A stretch of 64,000 bases of DNA from Octopus sinensis (Eukaryota): assembly GCF_006345805.1 (NCBI RefSeq), contig NC_042998.1, forward strand, positions 199,764,001 to 199,828,000. Reading direction: 5' to 3'. Below are positions 24,075-38,179 of the stretch, piece after piece. The position numbers were made by a program, and so were the translations under genes. Position 1 is the first letter of the stretch. The number at the start of each line of letters is the position of its first letter. A model generated the notes under the pieces. That model was not told the origin of the DNA. It ran no database searches and was given only the letters and a program-made list of their open reading frames with translations.

Positions 24075-24510
24075 CAGGGTGCATCAGTTTTATTGAGGTA
24101 ATTTGTATGTAGTTAGTAAAAGAGACATATCTCCACAAAGAAAAGCTGTAAGTGAAAAGAAATTGGTATAAATAATATTAAGAATCCATTGATCACTCAT
24201 ATTTAATGAATCAGCCGTTAGCAGCGACGACTGCTTCAATATGGGGTCGGTATTATTGACATGGCAAATTCTGATGATCTTTGTCTATTTGAACATAGTG
24301 CCTGTTATGGCACACTTGAGAAAATTTATTGCGTTATGCACCTGTTGGTTGGCCTCATTCTTGGCTACAACCCATACGTAATATTCCAGTAGATTGTGGT
24401 CAGGTGAATTAGTAAGTTGCGTTTAAAGATTGGCAAACACCCAAACTTGGCTTGTGAGACGGTGAATAATCTTTTTGGAAGAAGTGCGGTCTTTATTGGA
24501 AGACGTACTG
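24075..24510 (-). mobile_element. Tc1/mariner-superfamily (DD37D/maT-like) transposase 3' fragment with TIR
   Basis: Minus strand gives YVFQ...LTNSPDHNLLEYYVWVVAKNEANQQVHN, matching SPDLNPLDY.VW. Ends at TA|CAGGGTGCATCA. Confidence 0.7.
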
Positions 24511-24704
24511 CCATTGCTGTCGTTGATGTTGTTGTTGTTATTATCGAGAGGCCACTCCAAAATCAAGGGAGTCGTTTATGAAGCTGATGCACAACATCAG
24601 TAGCATCCCGAACAACGGCTACTACAGTAGCAACAGCAGAGACTCAAACAGAACTAGTAGCAGCACCATTGCCAGCGATGACAACAATATCAACATCAAC
24701 ATTA

Positions 24705-25085
24705 AGGCGTCGAGCTGGCAGAAACGTTAGCACGCCGGGCGAAATGCTAAGCGGTTTTTCGTCTGCTGTTACGCTCTGAGTTCAAATTCCGCCGAGGTGG
24801 ACTTTGCCTTTCATCCTTTCGGGGTCGATAAATTATGTACTAGTTACGCACTGGCGTCGATATAATCGACTTAATCCGTTTGTCTGTACTTGTTTGTCCT
24901 TTCTATGTTTAGCCCCTTGTGGGCAAAAAAGAAAGATGTATTTCGTCTGTCTTTACGTTCTGAGTTCAAATTACACCGAGGTCAACTTTGCGTTTCAAAC
25001 TTTTGGGATCGAAAAATTAAGTACCAGTTGCATACCGGCTTCGTTCTAATCGATTCTCTCCCCACCCCGAATATTTGGGGCATAC
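24705..25085 (+). mobile_element. Two tandem SINE family D copies
   Basis: GGCGTCGAGCTGGCAGAAACGTTAGC head; core GCCTTTCATCCTTTCGGGGTCGATAAA. Confidence 0.8.
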
Positions 25086-25344
25086 GAGCGTCAACGACAG
25101 CAATGGCAGTATCCCTTTATAAATAGTAGCAGAGCCGTCGCCAGTGATATCTATAACAGCCGTGACAATGCCTCCATCGACGGAGATTACCGTAATAACA
25201 ACAGTACCATTAGCAACATCAATATAAACAGCACCAACACCTTCCCCATATCCAATTACACCAAAACCAACAGCGCCATTACCAACAGCAGCAGTAGCAG
25301 CAACGCCAACACCAACAGGTACAGCACCACTAACATCTGAGCAG

Positions 25345-25765
25345 GCTCCTGCATAAATGGGACCAAGCATTGTGAACTGTGCATAGCGGAACGGGCGAGA
25401 ATACTAAAGAATTCCCAGGACTCGGAGAACATCCTTAGATACTGAACGGATGTCTTCGGACCGTACTTTCATTTCAAGAAATTCCTGCTAGGCTATTGGA
25501 ACCCAAACGATAACAGGGTCTCTTACGATCGATAGCCAAAGAGAGCCAATCAATTGCTGTTGACATTGAGTAGCGAGTTTGCTCCCTCGTCTACAGAGGC
25601 CACAAAGCAACAGGTATGAGATGTGATGATACGACGTAAAGTTAAGCGCTTTATGGACGTGAAACTTAGAGTAATCCCATAAACCGGCCTTGTCGAACTT
25701 TATTCATATAATATACTGCTCTATAACTTAGTGTGCTTCTTTATCAGAGTCATGTTTTACCGTCT
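25345..25765 (+). mobile_element. PLE ORF C-terminus plus pLTR with degenerate HHR, ending in (AT)n
   Basis: INGTKHCELCIAERARILK...ILRY*TDVFGP.FHFKKF, then GAU-GUGAUGA-U-ACG...CGU-GAAA-CUUAGAG-UA-AUC at 25620-25676 (C3 changed to G). Confidence 0.6.
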
Positions 25766-26056
25766 ATATATATATATATATATGTATATATTGGCATATT
25801 AAGGTAAGATCGAAGGATCAAGGTGTAGGACGTAAGTGAGCTTCAGTCAATCCGTAGACAATATTCAAAAAAAGAGCAACTTTCGAAAACAACAGTGGTT
25901 TTTGGTGCAGAAGGTTGTGAATTTTTCCTGTATCGAAGTACGAAAAGCTGAAAAAAATTATTTTGTAGTTCACGTTTGGTGACCAGGGTTGTCGGGTATG
26001 CGAATAAAAATCCCAAAACTATATACATATATATATATGTATGTGTGTGTGTGTGT

Positions 26057-26094
<38 letters not shown>

Positions 26095-26104
<10 letters not shown>

Positions 26105-26283
26105 ATATATACAACGGGCTTCTATTTGTTTACATCTAACATATCCACTGACAAGTCTTTCATCCGCCCGAGTCTATAGTAGAAGACATTTGCCCAAGTT
26201 GCCTCAAAGTAGGACTGAACCCGGAACCTTATGATTGAGAAGCAAGCTTCATGCCACAAAGCCGTGACTCCGCACAGTTTTTA
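26095..26283 (-). mobile_element. SINE family C, 5' half, diverged
   Basis: Reverse complement of the head and AGTAGAAGACA..TGCCCAAG segment. Confidence 0.7.
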
Positions 26284-26290
26284 TATAAAT

Positions 26291-26374
<84 letters not shown>

Positions 26375-26641
26375 ATGTATCTAAGTGAAAATTTTCACAT
26401 TTCTGAGATTATATGTGTATGTGCATGATTGTTTCTTTGTGTATATGTGTATGCTCATACACTACGTATATATTGATACAATATTGAAACTATACATGTA
26501 CATATAAACTTGCAGACAAGAATAGTATTTCCTGTTTTCTTTAGTCGGTAAGTCTATAAAAACAATGACATTTTTCAAAATATGAATGAATTAACGTACA
26601 TCTACATATTCGCCAAAATATATATATACATACATACCTAC

Positions 26642-26697
<56 letters not shown>

Positions 26698-29271
26698 TAT
26701 ATATATTATATATATATATATAGTATGCATATACACAATTTCAGATATGTGTGATACGTGTGTAAACACCACATATGTATATATGAAACGACTACAACTT
26801 TTGTCTGCCTTAACAGATTATTGAACGACTGTCTCAGTGAAATTTGATTATTCTTTCATTCTAACATCACAATCTGAAATCGTTCTGTATCCCCCTAAGT
26901 TAATTAACTCATTTAAACTTCTAAATTAATTAATGATCGTAATTTCTTACAAGCTATTTATTAATTTCATCGTGCTTAACATTATAGATATTAACGTGAC
27001 TTAATTGTGTATCTGTACGAGAAATATTCACCCTATATCTAATATTTATCTATGCATGAATAATCTTGCAATAATAGATGAGTGGAAAGGTTATTGGAAA
27101 ATCAATTCTCAGAAATTTTATTCAAATCCGTATAGCAATTTCTCTTCGTTGACTTAGTTCTTGGTATTAGGTCTTGAACAATATAGAATAAAGCAGTAAA
27201 GTTTTTTTTATAGTCTCGTAGCTATGTAATAAACAGAAGAATGAAAATGCTTATTTAACTTAGCTTTGTACTGATAGCAAAACGTAGACTCATATTGGAA
27301 ATGAAAATTAATGAATGTTCAGGTAGTTTTTCGGAATCGTTTTTATCTGTTGCTCAACTCGGAGAAATCTAGCATTCAATATCTCGATCTTAAACCGAAA
27401 CTCTACAAGTGTGTCTCCTAACCTGTGATATATTTATCTGTTTATGTACTAAGACTCAGTTCAGCCGCTCGTCACAATTAGGAAAATTAAAGTTCTTCAA
27501 ACTTTGAATACCATTAGCGAAGAATAAAGAGAAATTAGAGGAAGATGCGACTTTTTATCACAGTCTTGCTGGGTGACCAAAAAAAAAATAAAAAAATAAA
27601 ATCGAAAAAAATCAAAATAAATTTAGCAAATACCTTTCTTCATAAAGAACTTTTGGTTAATACTCATCTCTCCCAACAGGCGCAAAGCGGTGTCATAAAA
27701 ATCATTGAACCTATGACACCCTACTTCATATAATGGTTTAAAATGAAATACATGTAGCAGAGAGAAGTCTGGTAAAACGCCTAGTGCCAAGTCATTTGTT
27801 AAACCGCCTATCGGACCAAGCCTATCGTTCAAAATATGCAGCTCTTCCTCCACCTCCGTTCCGTATATTTTATGTTTCAAATAACACACTCTGGTGAACA
27901 GCGGCCATGGTATAGGATGCCTGTTCAATGTGCCACACAAAGAAATTCAAACAGGATCTACATATTTGTGATGTGAACTGCTTAAATCTACAGACATTCT
28001 TTTACCATGTGAGCACCTCTTTTAACATGGAATAATACGATTTATATGGATTTATCTTAACATTTTTATGGATTGTCGTAGAATACATATCGATTTTTAC
28101 GTATAACTTATATTAATTTATCGAAACATATTTCTATTGATTTGTGGCAGGATTTACATTGATTTATCACACAAAATATATTGAGATTTCATATACTTCA
28201 TATTGGTTTATCGTATGATTTATAATGCATTATCATATAATTTATATTGTCTAATCATGGTATAACTTCGATATTTCCAGCCTTTTAACTACGTAGTCTA
28301 GGATTCAATCCCACCATATCTTCCGCCATATCTTCCACCATAATCTTCTTAGTTGAATTAGGAAAGTCGAAACTGCGGAATCCTGACGATGGACCGTATA
28401 TTTTCCTGAAGGCAGGGTTTACTGTTCCCTCACTTTCTGTAGCAATGCCACACGTCTTTTAGGCTCATTTAACAAATAGATTCTATTACAATCTTTCACA
28501 CTTTGACTCACTCTAAGGATATATACTACATTTCCTCCACTAGATTCGGAAGCCCTGGAATTGATAGAGGCACAGGCCTTCCTTCACTTCTTCAGGCATT
28601 TCAAATATTTGTGTTGTACTCTCCACATTTAACCATTCTACGTTTGAATTTCTCTGCATTAACAGCAAAAATGCAATATCTTTTCTACGCTAATGACGGA
28701 GACTCATCTAATCCAAAATTGATTGCATTCATTAGGCTGCATATTGTGATGAACTATAACTACCAACATCATCAGCGCCTAGAGACACCTTTATTCCACC
28801 CTTTTAATTTTCTCTATCGTTTGTATTGTGTGTTAGTTTTATACTAATATAAAATATAAAAATAGGTTAAAATCTCTATAAGAATTTAATAATGTAGTCA
28901 GCGTGAAAAACCTCATAAGGGAAATTCTTATATAATTATTCCCTTTAAATATATTTATTCATATAAGAGCATTGCTATACATAAATGCCTCATGCTATGA
29001 GAGACTCTTAAAGTCAAAACTGCTATGATAAATAGAGTCAGGCATTTATATATAGTAATGCCCTTAATACAAATAAATACTAATATATTTATTCTCAAAT
29101 ATTCGTTGTCCGAAAGTCTCCACTTTTTTGCTTCCTCTCTTTTCGTATATATACATATTTTGCATTTTGTATCCAAACTATATTATTTAATTTGTTTATC
29201 CGCATAATTTGCTTCTGTATCTACTCAATTTGATCCATCTTATAACCATTTGTTACCCTGTGGAATTGATC

Positions 29272-29605
29272 CTATGGCTCAGTGGTTAGAGCGTCGAGGT
29301 TGTGATTGTGATGTTGTGAGTTCAAATCCTGGACTGGATTGCGTGTTGTGTTCTTGAGCAAGACACTTTATTTCACGTTGCTCCAGTTATTTCACTCAGC
29401 TGTAGAAATGAGTTGCGACGTCACAGGTGCCAAGCTGTATCGGCTCCTTTGCCTTTCCCTTGGAGAACACTGGTGGTGTGGCGAGGGGAGGCCGGTATGC
29501 ATGGGCGACTGCTGGTCTTCCATAAACAACCTTGCCCGGACTTGCGCCTGAGAGGGTAACTTTCTAGGTAGAAGCCCACGGTCAGTCATGACCGAAGGGG
29601 ATCTC
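29272..29605 (+). mobile_element. SINE family B
   Basis: TGGCTCAGTGGTTAGAGCG A box, GAGTTCAAATCC B box; body homologous to 62410-62750. Confidence 0.85.
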
Positions 29606-29743
29606 AAAGACATCTGAGAATCTCTGGATCTCATCTGTGGATTACACACAGACACGCGCACACGGGCACACACGCACACACAAACATAGAAACACGCATA
29701 CATATTATCGTACACGCATATGCACATATATGTATATATATAT

Positions 29744-29775
<32 letters not shown>

Positions 29776-30747
29776 CATGCAAAGATACATACATACATGT
29801 GCACGTTCGTGCATGCATAAAAACTAGGTGAAACTGCACAAAAATATTCATAGAATCATCGTAATAGTTTAAGGAACATTAAAGAGAAAAAGAGTTCTAA
29901 TATTTTATTAAAGAGTATTAAATTTTATCAACTTACATCACGTAACATATCACATCCAAGCGTCTTGATATTTCAAACGAAAATATTCATAATAGTCGAA
30001 CTCTGTTTATAATAGTAATATATCTTTTGTTGGCTAATAACGTGGTATTTGGCGTCCAACAAGACAGTCATATTCAGTTAGCTATAAATATTACATTTTG
30101 ATATAAATAATACTTCTGTTGTTACGACTTTGCCTTTCATCTTTTCAGGGGTAAAAAATTTAAGTACCAGTTGCATATTAGGGTCTCCCAAAAATTCAGG
30201 CTTTGTGCTTAGAGTAGAAAAGAATAATTAAATTTTTATAAGGCTGGTTGTTGTTTATGACATCAGTCTGAAGAAAAGAATATATTCTACTTACAACCTC
30301 ACCTGCATACACACACACACCACTATATATATATATATATATAGTGTGTGTGAGAGTGTGTGTGAGTGTGTGTGTGTGTGTTTGTGTGGGTGTGTGGGTG
30401 TGTACACAAACAGTCGATAACAAGGAAGATACGTACTCTACGTGGTATATGAAAATTGATGTTAAGATATTCTTTACAAAAGCTGATTAAATATTCATAT
30501 GATTTATAGAACTTCGGCTTCGGTGACAGAAAATATAAACAACGTGAATTTTCTTATGACTCACAGAATACTGAAAATATGTGATTCTTACTTCTACCAG
30601 CTTTCGTATCTCACTCCCACTCTTAATGTATATATATATATATATATATATATTTATAATTGGAATTTACAGAGAAACAAAAGACGAAGACAGGTGTATA
30701 AACAACAAACAGGTGTATCAGTTTAACGCTCGAGGAGATGAGAAAGT

Positions 30748-30783
30748 CTTTTACGTTTCGATCCTACGCTCTTCAACAGAAAG
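30748..30783 (-). ncRNA. Second CUGUUGA-variant hammerhead-like motif
   Basis: Identical to 4204-4239 except one stem II mismatch. Confidence 0.5.
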
Positions 30784-30868
30784 GAACACGAGGAAATAAA
30801 CAGAGAGAGAATAATAAAAAGCTTTACACATGTATATACATACATACATACATACATAAATAAATACG

Positions 30869-31075
30869 TGGAGGCGAAATGGCCCAATGGTTAAGGCAGC
30901 GGACTCGCGATTGTAGGATCGCTGTTTCGATTCCCAGCCCGGGCGTTGTGAGTGTTTATTGAGCGAAAACACCTAAAATATCCACGAGGCTCCGGCAGGG
31001 GGTGGTGGTGATCCCTGCTGTACTCTTTCACCACTCTTTCTTCTGTTGGCCTGCTCGCTTAGCCAGCGAAAGCTA
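30869..31075 (+). mobile_element. SINE family A, 5' part
   Basis: GGAGGCGAAATGGCCCAATGGTTAAGGCAGCGGACTCGCG...GTTTCGATTCCC. Confidence 0.8.
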
Positions 31076-32390
31076 AAACAATGCGAACATCTGATGGACT
31101 GGTCGGTCACGTGATCACGTGACATACATAAATACATACATACATACAGCATGCATACATACATACATACATACATACATTACATACATACAAATAGATC
31201 GCGAGTTTATCTGATTAGCAGAGGAGAAAATGGAAATACAATATAAAAACCCTTTAAATTAGTGTATAAATTAACCTGCACCTCTTTGGAATGCTGTAAA
31301 ACCTAATGCATTAACTTAAACAGATAACTAGTAAATATTCTTACGAATATGAAAATATAAAAGGTGAAATTGACATTTGTGGCTTTTGGGCCAAGAACTA
31401 TAGGGATCACAGTATATATCTAATCTAAGCAAGTTCAAATCTCAGTCGTTCCCTTAAGTAATAAATTTGATAAGTTATGAAAGTTCCTCCAAGAATAAGC
31501 ATTTTTATAGTGCTCAGGCAATGAATACCTAGCAAAGCATGAGACAGGATGGTTCCGAGCGGGATTTGAACGCAGTAGTAAAAGGCATGTAACTTAATAC
31601 TTCACGAAATATTTGTCTGTTAGTGCAATGTTTCTGCAACCAATCTAATTCTCTTTATATTTTCTGCTAATACAATATGAATTGATTTTCATTTCTCGTG
31701 TGTGTTATTTAAGATATGTATATATATGTAATGTATGTATGTATGTACGTATTTGCGTGTGTGTGTGTGTGTGTACATACATCCATGTAATCGCGCCTGC
31801 ATACATACACACAGACAAAGGCCACATAAACAATGCACACGTTTATTAGATTTTCCTTTGCAACTACAGAAAGCACTGCACTGATATGAATGACGAACAC
31901 GCCTGTGAATAATCTAGACAATATCCACATGTATACACAATCTCTTATCAAATAGTTTAAATTAAACTTGACACACCGAGATATCAATTAAATAAATATA
32001 TATGATTAAATAACCGAGAATCTGTTACTTTCGCTCTTACTTCTAATTATCTATCCATAAACCATTCACAATTGCTTTCTTGTGCTGCAAATTATTTAAA
32101 CCAAGTTATTCGCTTTCTTAGACATTATAAGTATTAGCATTAATATAGAGAACGTTGTTTTTGGCAATTAGAATAGCGAAGCCTGCCTCTCCACTCACTC
32201 AATTTGCCACCTTGAATTTGTTGTTGTTTCTCTTTATGATGTGTAGCAACCCGTCACAAATCTGATCATGTAGGCCTATGATTAAAAATATTCCGGTCTT
32301 GATAACCTCCATCCGGCATTCAAGGCACTATAGCGACAATTACATTTTACTGTGTTCTTTCTCCTTTTTAAAATTATTTCTGTTACATAC

Positions 32391-32564
32391 GCAGGAGTGG
32401 CTGTGTGGTAAGTAGCTTGCTAACCAACCACATGGTTGCGGGTTCAGTTCCACTGCGTGACACCTTGGACAAGTGTCTTCTGCTATAGCCTCAGGCCGAC
32501 CAATGCCTTGTGAGTGGATTTGGTAGACGGAAACTGAAAGAAGCCTGTCGTATATATGTATATA

Positions 32565-32607
<43 letters not shown>

Positions 32608-32835
32608 TGTGTGTGTGTGTGTGTTTGTGTGTCTGTGTTTGTCCCTCTAGCATTGCTTGACAACCGATGCGGGTGTGTTTATGCCCCCGTCACTTAGCGG
32701 TTCGGCAAAAGTGACCGATAGAATAAGTACTGGGCTTAGAAAGAATAAGTCCCGGGGTCGATTTGCTCGACTAAAGGCGGTGCTCCAGCATGGCCGCAGT
32801 CAAATGACTGAAACAAGTAAAAGAGTAAAAGAGAG
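32391..32835 (+). mobile_element. SINE family C
   Basis: Full head-to-tail homology to 20082-20473. Confidence 0.9.
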
Positions 32836-34734
32836 AGAGAGTATACATTAGGTATGCTTTGAAGACATGAATGCTTTTTTCTCGTAAGTTAAGCGACAAA
32901 CTATTAACATTCTTACTTGTTTAGAGTACTTTTCCGTCTGTCTGTTTATTTTTCTGTCTGTCTGTTGTCTATATGTTAGTCTCTCCATTTTCCTCTGCCG
33001 TTGTTTTGTCAATCTCTAACCACTTGATACGAACTGAAACAATAAAATCTGAAGGACACCACGCTGTGCGCTATGTACTCGAAATTACCACTTCATGTCA
33101 GCGTGGACAGACATTAATTTATCGGTGATGTGCCGCTTACAGCGATTAACGAAACGGCCCTGCGGTACCTACTCAAAGCAAAGTGGACAGAACGATGCCT
33201 TACGAATTAACATTTATTATTAAATATAAAACTTGATATACTTTGACATCTTGTATTAGAATTTCTCGTGTTGCATAATTATCTCTTGCGGTTAATGTCT
33301 TCACTATCGCTGTTGTTCTTGTCACAAACATCGAATGAAATATAATTATCTTATGCCGACATGATATTGACTAACTATATTTATATTAACTCTTTGATTT
33401 ATCAAATTCTGAGTCTTTCTGGATTCGCTTGTTTTAAGTTACCCGAAATTCGTTAGTTTCTTTCTGGGTTTCCCTTAATGAATATTATAGTCTCACCGCC
33501 GAATAAAACTCTTTTACTTGGAAGTTGTTCCTTCTGAAAATTTCCGTTATAAAGCCTGTTATATATGTACACACACGGTGATTTTCTCGATCACAGACTG
33601 TACGAATAATCTAATATCTCATATTTTAATTTCAGGATTATTAATTAATTCATCGTCCTTCAAGACCATGCAACGAAATAAATGCTCTGTTATTAAATCA
33701 TATTTTCCCTTCTTTGAGATATATTGAAGTATTTGTAAGTGGTGTCACCAGTCACAATCAATCGTGTCGATGAATTAAAGTATGAACTCTATAAAGTAAA
33801 GATGGTTTGTGTCCAGTCTAATATTTTAGTTTTAAATACACTAGATAGCAAAATGAGCAGAAGACCTATTTCTATATTAAGATTCATCTTTTCTTGTGCT
33901 GATAAACAATTATGCGTAATCAAGCCATAATTATATATGTAGCCACTCCCCAGAGGAGGAGTGCAATGCAAGATTGCTATTGCTATTTGAAATTTTTCTT
34001 TAATAATTTTTCGATACATTTTTCTATGAAATGTTTAAGGAAGAGTTTTTAATGTTAAATGTTTTCTTCGCTTCAGAATTCTCTAATGATTAAATATACC
34101 AAAAGAAATGTACCACAATCCATTATAAAATTGTATACGACTCGTATTTTCTCATTCCATATGTTTATATACAATTAGAGGTGATAAAAGTAACTAAATC
34201 AAGAGCAGACGAATGAGACGATTAAATATTTGTATATTATATGTATTTTTCCATGTTTTTCTTTTTAGTCTTCATATATTCGCTCTTGTTTAAACATATT
34301 TGTTTAAAATAATAACGCAAACTGTTTTAGTTTCGCTCTTACTAAAGAAAACAGTATTAATCAATCATAATTAAACAACGATAATTAGGGTAGAAGAACT
34401 GTGAAAAACCTTAGGACATTCCAGCATCAAATCATTCCATACTTTAGTTGTATGGTTGTCTTTCTGGGGTCAGTGAAATAAGTACCAGATTATAGATTCA
34501 GCAGTCGATTAAGTCGACTATAATCCTCCAAGTATGTGTCCTATTTATTTAAGCAATCATTACTTTTGATTAAAGTGTATTTGTCAAAATCGTTAGAGAT
34601 TTGGAAAAAATTATCTTATTTAGCTAAATACAATAAGGTTTTGAATTCATCATGAAAAAATACGTTGGTAGGACGGCGAAGGCTACTTTATGAACACAAT
34701 CTGGGCAGACATTTCTATTCATCAATTTGTAAGC

Positions 34735-34780
<46 letters not shown>

Positions 34781-35237
34781 AAACAAAGTGTGTTTTGTTG
34801 ATGTTTTAGCATTGATGTATATGTGAATTTTTTTAATGTCTAATTTATAACTGTTTCATAGTATGATGTATTCACTATAAATAAAATAGCTTAATCAGTT
34901 GACAGTTGGTTATGTATATATCACGTTTCATCCTTTTATAGATTTTGGTCATAATCTATAAACTTGCTGAGTTTTTGACCCTTGTATCGATATTCATGAA
35001 AGTCTCAAGTTTGTAACTTATTTTATCAATGACTAATGGTCGAATTGCTAATTATAGGAACCAAGCAACAGCACTGGAATTTGAAGAAATGTAAACGTAA
35101 AGAAAGGGGATGTCATGTCATTTGACAGATTAGTAGTAAACAGGAAGCCATATACACACATACACGCATAAATAATACATGCATACGTACATGCATACAT
35201 ACACGCATACATACATACATACATACATGCATACAGT

Positions 35238-35620
35238 GGAGGCGCAATGGCCCAGTGGTTAGGGCAGCGGACTCGCGGTCGTAGGATCGCAGTTTCGATT
35301 CCCAGACCGGGCGTTGTGAGTGTTTATTGAGCGAAAACGCCTAAAAGCTCCACGAGGCTCCGGCAGGGTATGGTGGTGATCCCTGCTGTACTCTTTCACC
35401 ACAACTCTCTCTCACTCTTACTTCCTGTTTCTGTTGTTCCTGTATTTCAAAGGGCCGGCCTTGTCACTCTCTGTGTCATGCTGAATATCCCCGAGAACTA
35501 CGTTAAGGGTACACGTGTCTGTGGAGTGCTCAGCCACTTACACGTTAATTTCACGAGCAGGCTGTTCCGTTGATCGGATCAACCGGAACCATCATCGTCG
35601 GAACCGACGGAGTGCTTCCA
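35238..35620 (+). mobile_element. SINE family A, full length
   Basis: tRNA-Arg(TCG)-like head; tail ending CCGACGGAGTGCTTCCA. Confidence 0.9.
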
Positions 35621-35750
35621 CATGCATACAAGCATACATACATAGAAAAGAATAAAGTTATTGTCACCTATCCTTCTTTGTTTAGGATCATAATGTTAAA
35701 TACTGGAAATATGTCTAACATCAAGAGGCAAGTAGAACTTGTCACGATGT

Positions 35751-36054
35751 GGAGGCACATGGCCTAGTGGTTAGAGTAGCGGACTAGTGGTCGAGGGATC
35801 GCGGGTTCGAATCTCAGTTCGGGCGATGTGTGTTTATGAGCCAAACACCTAAGCTCTACGCGGCTCCGGCAGAAGGTAATGGCGAAACCTCTGCTGACAC
35901 TTTCGCTACAACTTTCTCTCACTCTTTCCTCCTGCATCTTGCAGCTCACTTGCGATGGACCGGCGTCCCGTCCAGGTGGGGAACCTCTACGCCGAGAAAC
36001 CGGGAAACCGGCCCTTATTAGCCGGGCATGGCTCGAGAAGGAACAAACAACAAC
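35751..36054 (+). mobile_element. SINE with family-A-like head/body and a different 3' tail
   Basis: Shares head to CTTTCTCTCACTCTT with family A, then continues GCGATGGACCGGCGTCCCGTCCAGG...GGCTCGAGAAGGAAC(AAC)n. Confidence 0.75.
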
Positions 36055-36129
36055 ATTGTCACGAGCTATAGGAATGCATTCTGAGTAAGTTAAATGCTCA
36101 TACATGATAGTCATCCGAGGAAACAATGT

Positions 36130-36690
36130 CGACCAGACACAGAAAATGTACAGTACCTGCTATCTATCTCCCATATCTCTAATTATGAAAGCTACAAGTA
36201 CCTTGAATCGATGAGAATGTTGCATGTATTGGCGTTGTGGCTAAAGCCAGAATAACTAAACAGTACTTCTGTAGACTCCGGAAAATATGGAACTCGGAAC
36301 TGTTGGCATTTAACAAGACTATATCACACAATGCATTTGCAGCACCAGTGCTAGTACCAACATAAGGGTTATTGATCTGGAGACTCTATGAGATACGCAG
36401 CTCTGAAGATCAAGTCAGAAAGGTACTGAACAACACTGACAACTACCACATTAACAGTGATACAGAAACATTTTATATGGGATGACGTGATGACGGGAGA
36501 GGAATAAAATCAATCCAAACCATTTTTGTATGTCGCATTGTATCACTCAGACACACCTGTTGAGCAATAAAGAAAGAAATGAACACATGCCATGCAGACT
36601 CATAAGCGAGAGCAACAACATCTTCAAAGTTGGAGAGGAACTACTCTGAGAATACAACTGTCCAAGGGAGGTATGACTTGCTTACCTAAA
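36130..36690 (+). mobile_element. R4/Dong RT C-terminal fragment, decayed
   Basis: ESYKYL...LRKIWNSELLAFNKTISHNAFAAPVLVPT...NYHINSD...GRGIKSI; paralog of the 18177 ORF. Confidence 0.8.
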
Positions 36691-36692
36691 TA

Positions 36693-37110
36693 GGCACAGG
36701 AGTGGCTGTGTGGTAAGTAGCTTGTTTACCAACCACATGGCTCCGGGTTCAGTCCCACTGCGTGGCACCTTGGGCTAGTGTCTTCTACTATAGCCTCGGG
36801 CCGACCAAAGCCTTGTGAGTGGATTTGGTAGACGGAAACTGAAAGAAGCCCGTCCTATATATGTATATATATATATATATATGCGTGTGTGTATGTGTTT
36901 GTGTGTCTGTGTTTGTCCCCCTAGCATTGCTTGACAACAGATGCTGGTGTGTTTATGTCCCCGTTACTTAGCGGTTCGGCAAAAGAGACCGATAGAATAA
37001 GTACTGGGCTTACAAAAGAATAAGTCCCGGGGTCGAGTTGCTCGATTAAAGGCGGTGCTTCAGCATGGCCGCAGTCAAATAACTGAAACAAGTATAAGAG
37101 TAAAAGACAA
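36693..37110 (+). mobile_element. SINE family C
   Basis: Full-length homology. Confidence 0.9.
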
Positions 37111-37214
37111 GTAAGTAAAAGATGCTTCAAGTAGAAGCAGGCGTCATACGAAGAAAAAGTAATGCATGGTACACATCCAGTAAGCCAGAGGACAACAATA
37201 GTATTGATATGAAG

Positions 37215-37458
37215 AGCAGGAGTCGCCCATGCATACCAAACTTCCTTCTCTACGCCACCGATGTCATCTAAGAGAAGGGCAAAGACCGATGCAGCCTGGC
37301 ACCAGTGACGTCCCAACTCATTTCTACAGCTGAGGGAACTGGAGCAACGTGAAATAAAGTGTCTTGCTAAAGAACACAACACGCAGCCCAGACCAGAATT
37401 CGAACTCCCAACTCCGACGCTCTAACCACTGAGCTGTAACCACTGAGCTACGCGCCTT
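37215..37458 (-). mobile_element. SINE family B, partial
   Basis: Reverse complement of head and body. Confidence 0.75.
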
Positions 37459-37470
37459 CACACACACACA

Positions 37471-37504
<34 letters not shown>

Positions 37505-37516
37505 TATATATAGTCA

Positions 37517-37712
37517 AAATAGGCAACAGGAGATCCAGAGGTAATGCAGTGCGATCGTTTCAAGCGAGACCGTTTAATTGAACAATGAAACCATTACATC
37601 TGCTGAGGATTGCTCTGCATTTAAATCGATGCAATGGTTGCGTTGTTCAATTACATGGAGTCGCTTGAAACGATCGTACTTGCATTACCTCAGGATATCC
37701 TGTTGCTTATTT
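37517..37712. mobile_element. MITE-like element, almost entirely inverted repeat (~85-bp arms)
   Basis: AATAGGCAACAGGAGATCCAGAGGTAATGCAG.GCGATCGTTTCAAGCGA... is mirrored at 37632-37712. Confidence 0.7.
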
Positions 37713-37814
37713 AGATTTTAGTCACTTTATTTTGAAACTGTATGGCTAATACCGTACTAAATTCTGGTGCCTCAACTTAAGTATCTAATTCATCTGAATC
37801 TAAACTTTTGCTAG

Positions 37815-38050
<236 letters not shown>

Positions 38051-38102
38051 GATATATATGTATGTTTGTATATCTCTCGCCTGTCTCTCGCACACACACT
38101 TC

Positions 38103-38137
<35 letters not shown>

Positions 38138-38179
38138 GGTGTGTGTGTGTATGTGTGTATTGCTGAACAACCTGCACAA

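Noticed and set aside
28378-28420. CTGACGA-TGGA...TCCT-GAAG possible ancient hammerhead
   Set aside because: Several required positions are mismatched (GAAG, no NUH, weak stem I); too decayed to call.
35238-35310. SINE heads as genuine tRNA genes
   Set aside because: They continue into conserved SINE bodies and tails with no terminator, and acceptor stems are not intact.
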